Virus record (IMG/VR): IMGVR_UViG_3300008266_000146
Location: 1-52,475 of that record
Length of the DNA: 52,475 nucleotides
Direction: 5' to 3' (one strand)
From: a virus
Lineage: Duplodnaviria; Caudoviricetes
Position 1 is the first letter of the stretch. The number at the start of each line of letters is the position of its first letter. Positions 1 through 8,365 of the stretch are shown here, in pieces. The position numbers and the translations under genes were made by a program. The notes beneath the pieces were generated by a model. It did not search any database and had not been told where the DNA came from. It saw only the letters and a program-made list of their open reading frames with translations.

Positions 1-711
1 CCCGGACCGATCACGCCGAAGGCGGCGGTCAACGACACGCGCAGGAAGGAGTTCGACGCCACGATCACCCGTCTGGGCACGCAGGACGGGCAGGGGCAGG
101 GTGCGCGCGTCGCCATGGCCTTCGCTGCCATGAACGCGGCCCGTGACCAGATCATCACGGAGAACGACACCAGCGCGGTGTTCTCCCGCTACCGCAAGGC
201 CGCCGGCAAGGCGGGTGCCGACGAGGTGCTGGACGAGGCGAAGCAGAAGCAGCAGCTGTCCAAGCTCCGCCAGCTGATCAAGTGCGGTGCCATCCGGAAG
301 TTCGACACCGTCCCCATGATGGAGCGGGCGCTCGACACCGTGAAGACGCTCGCCGGTGCCGGCACGATCAAGAAGTCCCGCAACGTCTACGAGGACATGG
401 TGCAGGTCGCCCGCACCCAGCTCGGCTCCCCCGACGCTCCGCTCACCGATGAGCAGGTCACCGAGGCGTTCCTGCCGAAGGAGACCGAGCGGACCTTCGC
501 CAAGGAGCTGAAGAAGTTCGTCGACCGCATGCAGAAGCTCTACGAGGGCGGCGAGGACGTCGCTGACATCGAGGGCCTGTCCAAGGCGAAGGACGAACGC
601 TTCGTCGCGGCGATGGACGGCCTTGCCGATCTGCACCGCGACATCGAGAAGCAGGCTGCCGTCTCCAAGTTTCTCGCTGACGCTGCCGCGCTCGGCCTGA
701 AGCTCGCCTGA
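1..711 (+). CDS. Hypothetical phage protein, 5'-truncated by the window
   Basis: Frame is open from base 1 through the listed ORF 115..711 with strongly GC3-biased codons; helical, charged protein with no recognisable motif. Confidence 0.75.
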   Translation, partial: PGPITPKAAVNDTRRKEFDATITRLGTQDGQGQGARVAMAFAAMNAARDQIITENDTSAVFSRYRKAAGKAGADEVLDEAKQKQQLSKLRQLIKCGAIRKFDTVPMMERALDTVKTLAGAGTIKKSRNVYEDMVQVARTQLGSPDAPLTDEQVTEAFLPKETERTFAKELKKFVDRMQKLYEGGEDVADIEGLSKAKDERFVAAMDGLADLHRDIEKQAAVSKFLADAAALGLKLA

Positions 712-746
712 TCGGTTACTCCGCCGAGTAACTGCTATCGACACGC

Positions 747-774
747 TGCCCCCTGTCGCTAATGACGGGGGGCA
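747..774 (+). terminator. GC-rich hairpin after the first gene (possible terminator or processing site)
   Basis: TGCCCCCTGTC-gctaat-GACGGGGGGCA, an 11-bp stem with one G-U pair; no U-tract. Confidence 0.4.
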
Positions 775-989
775 TCAGTCGGGAGCACACCACCCCGAAC
801 CCCCCGCACCAACGGAGGCATCAATGCGACAATAACTGACACCACCACATCGCTGGACACCCTTGGGGCTGGGCGGAGCCTGAAAACTCCCCCGGCATCC
901 AGCCTTCACGAGAGGCGGTCACTCGCCTCCCATGAGCGCTGCACCCTGCGCTATCACGCAACGCGCTATCATCGCGCCGGAGCACCACC

Positions 990-1247
990 ATGACCAGCAC
1001 CAAGAAAACCTATTCCGTCCTGTTCTCCGCCCCGTGGCACGACACGCGCGCCTGTGCCTACTGGGTCGGCCTCGCTGCCGATCCGAAGGACGCGATCAAT
1101 CAGGCTGTCTTCTACGACCTTGCGGACCCTGAACCGTCCGAAAACACCTACGGCAAGCCCGATGGCGGCGCGCTGGACGAGGACGTGGCGCAGGTCACCA
1201 TCGTCTGGCTGTGCGAAGGCGAGCTGCCGGCGTTCATCCACACGTAA
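990..1247 (+). CDS. Hypothetical protein (acidic, 85 aa)
   Basis: GGAG RBS upstream; stop TAA lies inside the box at 1244. Confidence 0.75.
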   Translation: MTSTKKTYSVLFSAPWHDTRACAYWVGLAADPKDAINQAVFYDLADPEPSENTYGKPDGGALDEDVAQVTIVWLCEGELPAFIHT

Positions 1248-1263
1248 CTCGGGGGAGTAACCA

Positions 1264-1521
1264 ATGACCCGCATGCCGGGCAGTCGGGAATACGCCATTG
1301 CGTGCTGCGTTCACTGCGGGGTGGCGTGGCCGACGACGCACTTCGTCGCTTACGGTCAGCAGATGCCATACTCATGCAGCGGCGGCGTTCGCTACCACGC
1401 CGTGGCACCGGCCTATATCGTCGACATCCTGCCGGGACATCCCACGCTGACGCGGGGTGTCAATGAGCGCTATCACGTGCTCGCCAAGCTCTTCCACGCC
1501 GCAAAGGAGACAACCTCATGA
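1264..1521 (+). CDS. CxxC/LAKLF family small protein, member A
   Basis: CCVHCG near the N-terminus, YIVD, C-terminal RYHVLAKLFH; RBS supplied by the box at 1244. Confidence 0.75.
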   Translation: MTRMPGSREYAIACCVHCGVAWPTTHFVAYGQQMPYSCSGGVRYHAVAPAYIVDILPGHPTLTRGVNERYHVLAKLFHAAKETTS

Positions 1522-1745
1522 CTAAGACCGCGTTCCTCGCCGCGCTCCGCCGGCACCTGATCGACACCTACCAGTGGGCTGCCGACGCGGCGAAACTGGA
1601 CCGCTTCATGGCCAGCGTCGAGGCCACGATCCGTGGGGACGTGAAGACGTGGAACCCCGACGGGGAGGCGTCGACGGCCGCGTGGCGCGAGATCGGCGGC
1701 ACCGGCAAGGTCGCTCTTCGCCGCCTGCGCGAGTTGGCCGAGTAA
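1518..1745 (+). CDS. Hypothetical protein (75 aa)
   Basis: AGGAG RBS, ATGA overlap with the upstream gene, stop inside the box at 1742. Confidence 0.75.
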   Translation: MTKTAFLAALRRHLIDTYQWAADAAKLDRFMASVEATIRGDVKTWNPDGEASTAAWREIGGTGKVALRRLRELAE

Positions 1746-1760
1746 CTTGGGGGAGTAACC

Positions 1761-2024
1761 ATGCGCTACGCACTGGTGTGCTGCCCCGAATGCGGCGATC
1801 TGTGGACAAAAGCGCGCCGTGACCCGCTGTTCACGCTCGGCGAGCGCACGCCTACAGTATGCAACGGCGAGTTCAAAGGTCGGTTCGGACACGAGCCGAC
1901 ACGTGTGGTCGTCGTCGACCTTGAGCCGGACTACATCGTCGACAGCCGTCACAAGCTGAGCAACCGAGAGAGCGACCGCTACCACACGCTCGCCAAGATA
2001 TTCGCCTCTAACTCCAAGGAGTAA
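1761..2024 (+). CDS. CxxC/LAKLF family small protein, member B
   Basis: CCPECG, YIVD, RYHTLAKIF; bounded by boxes at 1742 and 2008. Confidence 0.8.
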   Translation: MRYALVCCPECGDLWTKARRDPLFTLGERTPTVCNGEFKGRFGHEPTRVVVVDLEPDYIVDSRHKLSNRESDRYHTLAKIFASNSKE

Positions 2025-2029
2025 CCACC

Positions 2030-2332
2030 ATGGCCAAGATGACTGTCGCCGACGTTGCCACCGCGCTCCGCGATGCCGACGTGTCCACCCTGACCCCGGC
2101 GACCGCGCCGGACTGGCTCAAGATGATCGACTTCCTCCGCCAGCAGACGCTCGCTGCCATCGACGAGGTGGCCCTGCGCGCTGACGCGCTGGACGCACGT
2201 GAGAAGGCGGTCGCGGAGGCTGAAGCTGTGCTCGCCACCCGCAAGGCTGCCGTCGAGCGCATCATGTCCCTGCCGGGTGCGCACCCCGCCACCCCGCCGT
2301 CCACCAAGCGCTCCATGTGGAGCCTCCGGTAA
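2030..2332 (+). CDS. Hypothetical protein with a predicted coiled coil
   Basis: Bounded by boxes at 2008 and 2329; Ala/Glu/Arg-rich helical segment. Confidence 0.75.
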   Translation: MAKMTVADVATALRDADVSTLTPATAPDWLKMIDFLRQQTLAAIDEVALRADALDAREKAVAEAEAVLATRKAAVERIMSLPGAHPATPPSTKRSMWSLR

Positions 2333-2348
2333 CTCAGGAGAGTAACCC

Positions 2349-2609
2349 ATGTCCATCTACTGCCCTGCCCAAGGCCCGCCGCGCCTCATCCGGCTCATCC
2401 CCGCGCTCTTCCCCGACGGCTCGCTCGCCGTGCTGGACGAGAGGCGCAACTTCCTCATGGTGTCCGCCCCGCTGTTCGAGGGACTGACGCCCATCCAGCA
2501 GGAGCGGTGCCGGCGCACGACGCGCGCTATCACCATGCCGCATGACGTCGAACACCACCAAGACCCCATCCCCTTTGGCCGCAGCGCCGGCCGTAACTCG
2601 CAGGAGTAA
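2349..2609 (+). CDS. Hypothetical protein (86 aa)
   Basis: Bounded by boxes at 2329 and 2593; RBS from the upstream box. Confidence 0.7.
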   Translation: MSIYCPAQGPPRLIRLIPALFPDGSLAVLDERRNFLMVSAPLFEGLTPIQQERCRRTTRAITMPHDVEHHQDPIPFGRSAGRNSQE

Positions 2610-2615
2610 CACCCT

Positions 2616-3716
2616 ATGCCCACCCTTCAGCAGCTTGCCGGCATCATGCCGAACATCCTCGACACCGGCATCAGCGTCGAGTTGATCTCGTCGCCCGGCA
2701 TCGGCAAGTCCGACTTCGTCGAGCAGCTGGTCGCGTCGCGCACCGAGACCACCGGCATCAAGTGGGGCATGTCGCAGGCCTTCCTCGCGACCTACACCCC
2801 GCCGGACCTCATCGGCTACCAGTTCAAGGGTGAGCGCATGTGGCGCTCGCCGCACACTGGCGAGATGGAGCCGGTCGCCGTGACCGATCCGTCCATGCCG
2901 CTGTGGATGATTTCGTCCGAGGGCCGCCCGCTCTACGAGTACGAGCGCGGCATCCTGTTCCTCGACGAGTTCGGGCAGGGTGAGGCTGACGTCAAGCGCG
3001 CGGCGGCGCAATTGCTGCTCAAGCGCGAGATTGGTCCGTGGCGTCTGCCGCCCGGCTGGTCGGTCATGGCCGCGTCCAACCGCGCCAACGACCGCAGCGG
3101 CGTGACCAAGTCGTTCGACTTCGTCATCAACCGGCGCGTCGAGTACCACATCACCCCCGACCTGCTGTCGTGGGACGCATGGGCAATCTCGCGGGGTATC
3201 GACCCGCTGTTCGTGGCCTTCGCCCACCAGCACCCCGAGATTGTCTTCTCCGGCTCCGTGCCGAAGCAGCAGGGTCCGTGGTGCACGCCGCGCTCGCTCG
3301 TCATGGCGCATGACCTGCTCGTGGCGATCTCCGGCGGTGCCGGCCAGCCCATCCGCATGGATGATCTGGGTGCGGAGACCATGCGCGGCACCATTGGCGA
3401 CGCGGCCACGGCGCAGCTCAAGTCGTTCATCGACGTGTCCATGCAGCTGCCCTCGCTGGACGACATCGTCGACGATCCGACGAAGTGCGCGTTGCCGACG
3501 CGTGCGGACGGTCAGATGCTCGTCGTGTTCCAGCTGGCGCACGTTGCGCACAAGGACATCATGCGGCCCGTCGGCACCTACATCAACCGGCTCGGCGCGT
3601 CGTTCGAGACCATGTTCATCAAGCGCCTCATCGGTCGGTCGCCGACGTTCGCCATGGACCCGGTCATCGACAAGATGGTCACCCGCAACGCCCACCTCAT
3701 CCACGCGGTGGCGTGA
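2616..3716 (+). CDS. MoxR-like AAA+ ATPase
   Basis: Walker A SPGIGKS, Walker B ILFLDE, sensor-1 AASN, INRR and TPRS motifs; a vWA partner lies nearby. Confidence 0.85.
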   Translation: MPTLQQLAGIMPNILDTGISVELISSPGIGKSDFVEQLVASRTETTGIKWGMSQAFLATYTPPDLIGYQFKGERMWRSPHTGEMEPVAVTDPSMPLWMISSEGRPLYEYERGILFLDEFGQGEADVKRAAAQLLLKREIGPWRLPPGWSVMAASNRANDRSGVTKSFDFVINRRVEYHITPDLLSWDAWAISRGIDPLFVAFAHQHPEIVFSGSVPKQQGPWCTPRSLVMAHDLLVAISGGAGQPIRMDDLGAETMRGTIGDAATAQLKSFIDVSMQLPSLDDIVDDPTKCALPTRADGQMLVVFQLAHVAHKDIMRPVGTYINRLGASFETMFIKRLIGRSPTFAMDPVIDKMVTRNAHLIHAVA

Positions 3717-3777
3717 CGGTTACTCGCCGGAGTAACGGGGCGCGAATGCCCCACCGCCCCAACAGGAGCACGCACCA
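3717..3777 (+). repeat. 61-bp direct repeat, copy 1 (box + hairpin + RBS leader)
   Basis: Matches 6052-6112 with one mismatch. Confidence 0.9.
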
Positions 3778-3978
3778 ATGCGCACCACCTACACCATCAC
3801 CCTGCATGCCGATCTGGCTGACGACGCCGAGAAGCAGGCAGCGCTCGACCAGTTCATCCGCGACCGCGCCATCGAGACCATTGCTCTCGTCAAGCTGCTG
3901 GGCCTGTCCCGTCCGCCGGCCATCACGGCGACGCGCCACCGCTATGGCGACGGCACGGTGGACATCGACGTCACATGA
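3778..3978 (+). CDS. Hypothetical protein (66 aa)
   Basis: AGGAG RBS 9 nt upstream of the ATG; ATGA overlap with the next gene. Confidence 0.7.
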   Translation: MRTTYTITLHADLADDAEKQAALDQFIRDRAIETIALVKLLGLSRPPAITATRHRYGDGTVDIDVT

Positions 3979-4229
3979 CGCGCGCTATCATCGCCGACCG
4001 GCACTGGGCCTGCTGCCCCGACTGCAACAAGATGTGGCAGTCCAAACATCTGCGCGGCTACGCTCTTGGTTGCCGCACCCGGTTTGTGTGTATTTGCAGC
4101 CCACAGCCGCTCGCCCCCGGCGCCCCCCGCCTGATCGCTGTCGGTGACCTGCCGGAGCACAAGCCCGCCAAATACGTCTACGCCATGGCGAAGCTATTCG
4201 CCAGTAACTTGAAGGAGTTACCGAAATGA
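3975..4229 (+). CDS. CxxC/LAKLF family small protein, member C
   Basis: CCPDCNKMW at the N-terminus; YAMAKLF at the C-terminus. Confidence 0.75.
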   Translation: MTRAIIADRHWACCPDCNKMWQSKHLRGYALGCRTRFVCICSPQPLAPGAPRLIAVGDLPEHKPAKYVYAMAKLFASNLKELPK

Positions 4230-5608
4230 AGCTGCTCGAATTGACCCCCGCGCAGAAGGTGGAGTGGGAAGCCACCCGCACAGCGCTCATGTGGAGCGCC
4301 CCGGCGTTCACCCACCTGCTGTTCACCATCCTCGACTACCGGGCGCGCGACAACTACGCCAACGCGTTCTGGACGGACGAGGTGGAGATCGCCGCGACCG
4401 ACGGCTGGCGTCTGCTTCTCAACCCCACGACGTTCTTGGCGATCCCGCTCAAGGACCGCGTGTTCATCGTGGCGCACGAGATCATGCACTGCATCTGGGC
4501 GCACCCCGCCACCATGAAGCACTGGCAGCAGCGTGGCTATGTGGTCGGCGCAAAGGGCGATCACATCCCCTACCACCACGAAGTGCTCAACATCGCTGCC
4601 GACCTCATCATCAACGACCTGCTGATCGACAGCAAGATCGGCACATTCCCGGCCATCGGCGGCCTGCACGACAAGAACCTCGCCACCGCTGTGGACGCCC
4701 TCAACGAGGTGTACGAGCGCGTCTACAACAAGACGCCCAAGCAGCCGCAGGGCGGCAACGGGCAGGGGCAGGGGCAGGGGCAGGGGCAGGGGCAGGGGCA
4801 GGGGCAGCCCGGTCAGGGTAACTCCCCGAGTAACGGTCAGGGTGCCGCCGGCCAGATGCCGTCCCATGGCGGCAAGAAGGCGTTCGACACCATGATGGAC
4901 CCGGACGGCCATCCCGAGGATAAGCCCGCCGACGCCCATGCCAATGGCACGGCGCAGGGTGACGGTCGGTGGCGTCAGGCCATCGCCGAGGCTGCGGCTC
5001 TGGGCAAGGCGCAGGGGCAGCTGCCGGCCGGCATCGCCCGTGTCTTCGCCGAGCTGACGGAGCCCAAGGTCGACTGGTCCGGTGCCATCCGTGGCGCGGT
5101 CGCCCGCCGTGTCGGCTCGTCGGACAGCTCATGGCGTCGCCCGGACCGCCGCATGATCGTGCGCGACATCTACTCGCCCGGTCGCAGCGGTCACGGTGCC
5201 GGCACCATCGCGCTCGTCGGCGACACGTCCGGGTCCATGACCGACACCGAGATCGGCGTCATCCTGCGCGAGTTGCGGGGCATCTTGGAAGACCTCAACC
5301 CGCAGCGTGTCATCGTCATCTGGTGCGACGCCAAGGTCCATGCGGTCGAGGACGTCTACGACGCCAGCGACATCCCCTCCCTGCGGCCCAAGGGTGGCGG
5401 CGGCACCGACTTCCGTCCGCCGTTCCATTGGCTCGACGACGAGAGCATCACGCCGGACGGTATGATCTACGTGACCGACGGCTATGGCACGTTCCCGTCG
5501 AGCGCGCCCGACTACCCTGTGATCTGGGCCGACATCACCGGCCCCGGTCGCGTCGCCTACCCGTGGGGGGACGTCATTAACATCCCCCGCGACAGCCTCG
5601 CCGAGTAA
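4226..5608 (+). CDS. Metallopeptidase-like (HExxH) + vWA domain protein (DUF2201-like)
   Basis: AHEIMH zincin motif; MIDAS DTSGS, GGGTDF and TDGY; Gly/Gln linker; typical partner of MoxR-type AAA+ ATPases. Confidence 0.85.
   Translation: MKLLELTPAQKVEWEATRTALMWSAPAFTHLLFTILDYRARDNYANAFWTDEVEIAATDGWRLLLNPTTFLAIPLKDRVFIVAHEIMHCIWAHPATMKHWQQRGYVVGAKGDHIPYHHEVLNIAADLIINDLLIDSKIGTFPAIGGLHDKNLATAVDALNEVYERVYNKTPKQPQGGNGQGQGQGQGQGQGQGQPGQGNSPSNGQGAAGQMPSHGGKKAFDTMMDPDGHPEDKPADAHANGTAQGDGRWRQAIAEAAALGKAQGQLPAGIARVFAELTEPKVDWSGAIRGAVARRVGSSDSSWRRPDRRMIVRDIYSPGRSGHGAGTIALVGDTSGSMTDTEIGVILRELRGILEDLNPQRVIVIWCDAKVHAVEDVYDASDIPSLRPKGGGGTDFRPPFHWLDDESITPDGMIYVTDGYGTFPSSAPDYPVIWADITGPGRVAYPWGDVINIPRDSLAE
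4760..4807 (+). repeat. Perfect tandem repeat (GGGCAG)x8 encoding (GQ)8
   Basis: Eight identical hexamers in the linker of the vWA protein. Confidence 0.95.
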
Positions 5609-5673
5609 CTTCGCCGAGTAACCGGGGGCGCGCTATCACGGCGCGCTCCCACCACCCCAACAGGAGAACACCC

Positions 5674-6048
5674 ATGAAATCCTACCGCCGCAATGATCGT
5701 GAAGAGACGCGCGAAATCGAGCCCATTACGCTGGACTTGCCCGCCGCGCTCATCCACAAGCCGCTGCACGTCGTCACCATGGGCGCAAAGGCCACCGCGA
5801 TTGTCTACGAGACGGCCAACCGCGTCTGGAGCAGCGACCGTACCAACTATTTCGACGCTCCCGTGTTTCGTGTGGTGCTCACCGGGTTCAGCGACGCCGC
5901 GCGCAGCCGGCTGGCGTACTACAATGGGCACCGCGACGACGCCCAATGCTTCACCACTCTGCTCGACGTCGAGCTGTTCATTCGCGCGGCTGCCGTGGCG
6001 TGCGCCCCGGTCAAGAAGCGCGTCACGGTCGTCGAGGAAGACGTCTGA
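5674..6048 (+). CDS. Hypothetical protein (124 aa)
   Basis: AGGAG RBS; lies between boxes at 5605 and 6054. Confidence 0.7.
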   Translation: MKSYRRNDREETREIEPITLDLPAALIHKPLHVVTMGAKATAIVYETANRVWSSDRTNYFDAPVFRVVLTGFSDAARSRLAYYNGHRDDAQCFTTLLDVELFIRAAAVACAPVKKRVTVVEEDV

Positions 6049-6051
6049 CGG

Positions 6052-6112
6052 CGGTTACTCGCCGGAGTAACGGGGCGCGAATGCCCCACCACCCCAACAG
6101 GAGCACGCACCA
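6052..6112 (+). repeat. 61-bp direct repeat, copy 2
   Basis: Matches 3717-3777 with one mismatch. Confidence 0.9.
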
Positions 6113-6166
6113 GTGCCCATCAAGCCGCCGCTCGCCAAGCTCTTCCACGCTAACTCGCAGGAGTAA
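6113..6166 (+). CDS. 17-aa micro-ORF MPIKPPLAKLFHANSQE
   Basis: GTG sits at the same offset from AGGAG as the ATG at 3778 in the other repeat copy; encodes the LAKLF tail of the CxxC family; stop inside the box at 6150. Too short for the supplied ORF track. Confidence 0.55.
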   Translation: MPIKPPLAKLFHANSQE

Positions 6167-6171
6167 CCACC

Positions 6172-6402
6172 ATGGCTAGCCACTACTACGCTGAATGCGC
6201 CAGCGGCAAATCGCGCGCCAGCCGCACCGGCACTCTGAAGACCGGCATCCGCGCCGTCGTCGCGTCGTGGCAGGGGGCGTGCCACACCACCCTCTACGAC
6301 AAGGACGGCGTCACTTATGTCCGCGTGCATCTGGCGTTGTGGGGTGGCAAGGGCACGTCCAAGCTGATCTACGACGGCCCCGTCGGGGAGTACGCGCCGT
6401 GA
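6172..6402 (+). CDS. Hypothetical protein (76 aa)
   Basis: RBS from the box at 6150; ends GEYAP. Confidence 0.7.
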   Translation: MASHYYAECASGKSRASRTGTLKTGIRAVVASWQGACHTTLYDKDGVTYVRVHLALWGGKGTSKLIYDGPVGEYAP

Positions 6403-6671
6403 GCAATCCCCGCACCCACAGGCCGGGGCCGGGCTTTGCCGGCGACGCCGTCGAGCATGTGCGGCTCTACCATGGCGTCATGGACCTGCACAGCAAGAAC
6501 ATCCTGCGCACCATATTGCGCGGTGCGCTCGACAGCCACGCCCATATCGTCAAGGGACTGGCCGGCACCGCGACGCAGGCTTGGTTCGAGGACACGTTCA
6601 AGAACGACGTCGCGGCAGTCAACGATGCGATCTCGCTGCTGGACAGTAGCTCAGGGGAGTACGCGCCGTGA
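6399..6671 (+). CDS. Hypothetical protein (MSNPRTH..., 90 aa)
   Basis: GTG start in a GTGA overlap with GGAG RBS; 3' part of ORF 6195..6671; flanked by 18-bp direct repeats; ends GEYAP. Confidence 0.65.
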   Translation: MSNPRTHRPGPGFAGDAVEHVRLYHGVMDLHSKNILRTILRGALDSHAHIVKGLAGTATQAWFEDTFKNDVAAVNDAISLLDSSSGEYAP

Positions 6672-6991
6672 AGTATTTCGTCGCTGGCTGCCCGACATGC
6701 GGGCGGGTGTGGCAGTCCACCCATGCGCCGCTGCAACAGCTTAGCTCTCATTATGGGCTCTGTCGCGGCGGCACTGGCAGCCAAAAATACCCTATGACCG
6801 GCGACGAGATTGGACCTATCGCCGAGCATGTCACCTCGATGTATATCGTGTACATGCACGACCAGCCGCTAGCCGTCCGCAGCCATCAGTATAGGGAGGT
6901 AAACGGGCCGATCACCACCCTTTTACCCGCTGACGAACATGCTAGACTGTGGGCGCTCGCGAAGCTCTTCCACAGTAACTCCACGGAGTAA
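6668..6991 (+). CDS. CxxC/LAKLF family small protein, member E
   Basis: GCPTCGRVW, YIVY, LWALAKLFH; stop inside the box at 6975. Confidence 0.75.
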   Translation: MKYFVAGCPTCGRVWQSTHAPLQQLSSHYGLCRGGTGSQKYPMTGDEIGPIAEHVTSMYIVYMHDQPLAVRSHQYREVNGPITTLLPADEHARLWALAKLFHSNSTE

Positions 6992-6996
6992 CCTCC

Positions 6997-7575
6997 ATGA
7001 CCGCTGTCCAGATCGTAGGGTTGTGTGGCGTAGCGCGTGCCGGCAAGACCTCGACGGCCAACTTCATGAAGGTGGACAAGGGCTTCACCAACATCAGGTT
7101 CACCGACAGCATGGCCAAGATATGTCTCGCTGCCGGCCTGACACCCGACCACGTCGACGGACGCCTCAAGGACACCCCGGAGCCGTTACTCGGGGGAGCA
7201 ACACCCCGGCAGTTCATGGTTGGCATCGGGCGCACGCTGCGCGCGTTCAACCCCGAGTTCTTCCCCGAACACTGGCGCAGGCAGGTGCGCGCTATCACGC
7301 CGACGCTGCACCCCATGCTCCGCAAGATCGTCGCTGACGACGTCCGCACGCCCGCTGAAGCCGCTGCGATCAAGGCCGAGGACGGCGTCCTCATCCGCAT
7401 CATCCCCACCTATCCGGCCTATGCCAACGCCACCAGAGGCATCGACTATGACCCTGCGACTGAAGACCAGCAATTCGACGTCGACCACACCGTCCGCAAC
7501 GCCGGAAGCGCGTTCGAGCTTGCCGGACAAGTCTACGCCATCCTCGCCGCGACATGGCCGCGTCCTCTCGGGTGA
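6997..7575 (+). CDS. Deoxynucleoside monophosphate kinase
   Basis: N-terminal P-loop IVGLCGVARAGKTS; TPRQFM and DDVR..EA.AI...G.LIRI motifs typical of phage dNMP kinases. Confidence 0.8.
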   Translation: MTAVQIVGLCGVARAGKTSTANFMKVDKGFTNIRFTDSMAKICLAAGLTPDHVDGRLKDTPEPLLGGATPRQFMVGIGRTLRAFNPEFFPEHWRRQVRAITPTLHPMLRKIVADDVRTPAEAAAIKAEDGVLIRIIPTYPAYANATRGIDYDPATEDQQFDVDHTVRNAGSAFELAGQVYAILAATWPRPLG

Positions 7576-7576
7576 C

Positions 7577-7900
7577 GTGCTCGCCATCGGGTACTGCCCG
7601 GCGTGCGACAAAGCCGTGTACCGCACGTTCAAGGCCAAGACCATTCACAAGCGCCAGTGGGGCATCGGCAGCGCTGCCTATCAGTGCGTCGGCGATGTTG
7701 TGCAGTCGCATGGGTTTCCTTACAGGGTGCGTACATGGGCGCATCCCGGCGAGTTCGTGACGTTGATCCAGATCAAACCCGTCGCCAGACAGCTGGGTCG
7801 GCGCTCCGCGCCTACGCTCCCTGTAAACCCTAACATCCTGTCTGACAAAGCGCGTGCGCTCATGGCGATCCTCGCGTCCAGCCGTCACTCGGTGGAGTAA
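7577..7900 (+). CDS. CxxC family small protein, divergent member F
   Basis: GTG just after the kinase stop; YCPACD; C-terminal amphipathic ARALMAILA instead of LAKLF; stop inside the box at 7884. Confidence 0.6.
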   Translation: MLAIGYCPACDKAVYRTFKAKTIHKRQWGIGSAAYQCVGDVVQSHGFPYRVRTWAHPGEFVTLIQIKPVARQLGRRSAPTLPVNPNILSDKARALMAILASSRHSVE

Positions 7901-7903
7901 CCC

Positions 7904-8365
7904 ATGCACGGGTTCCAGATCGAAGAGTTCCGTCGCTCCATGCTGGAAGCCACGTGGCTTCTCGTCATCATGCTGACCACGGCGTGCAGCATGCTCATCG
8001 TCGGCATGCACCACGTGTCTGAGCCATCCTCGACGGTCCTCATCGTTGCGTCTGGCGTTGTCACCGTCACCGCCATGTTCGCCATGCGTGCGGCGGCGAA
8101 CGACGCTTGGCGGACGTACTGCTGGGACAACTACGACAGTGCGCTCGTCAGCCTGTACGCAGTGCTCGCTGAGGATGACGGCTCGCAGACCTACTTCGTC
8201 GCGCAGGAGCGGCACTCCGTCAAGAGCATCATGCACGCCTACAGCCCGGAGGACATCACGAAAGGCGTGAGATGGGCGCTCGCGCAGCGCAACCTCACCC
8301 ATGGCTCGACGCTCGTGCGCTACTGCACCGACGACGAAGTCGCATTCTTGGAGAACGACAGATGA
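7904..8365 (+). CDS. Hypothetical membrane protein (two hydrophobic segments)
   Basis: WLLVIMLTTACSMLIVGM and VLIVASGVVTVTAMFAM; RBS from the box at 7884. Confidence 0.7.
   Translation: MHGFQIEEFRRSMLEATWLLVIMLTTACSMLIVGMHHVSEPSSTVLIVASGVVTVTAMFAMRAAANDAWRTYCWDNYDSALVSLYAVLAEDDGSQTYFVAQERHSVKSIMHAYSPEDITKGVRWALAQRNLTHGSTLVRYCTDDEVAFLENDR

Noticed and set aside
866-930. Hammerhead ribozyme or tRNA in the structured leader
   Set aside because: No complete CUGANGA...GAAA core and no cloverleaf with a T-loop that I could identify.
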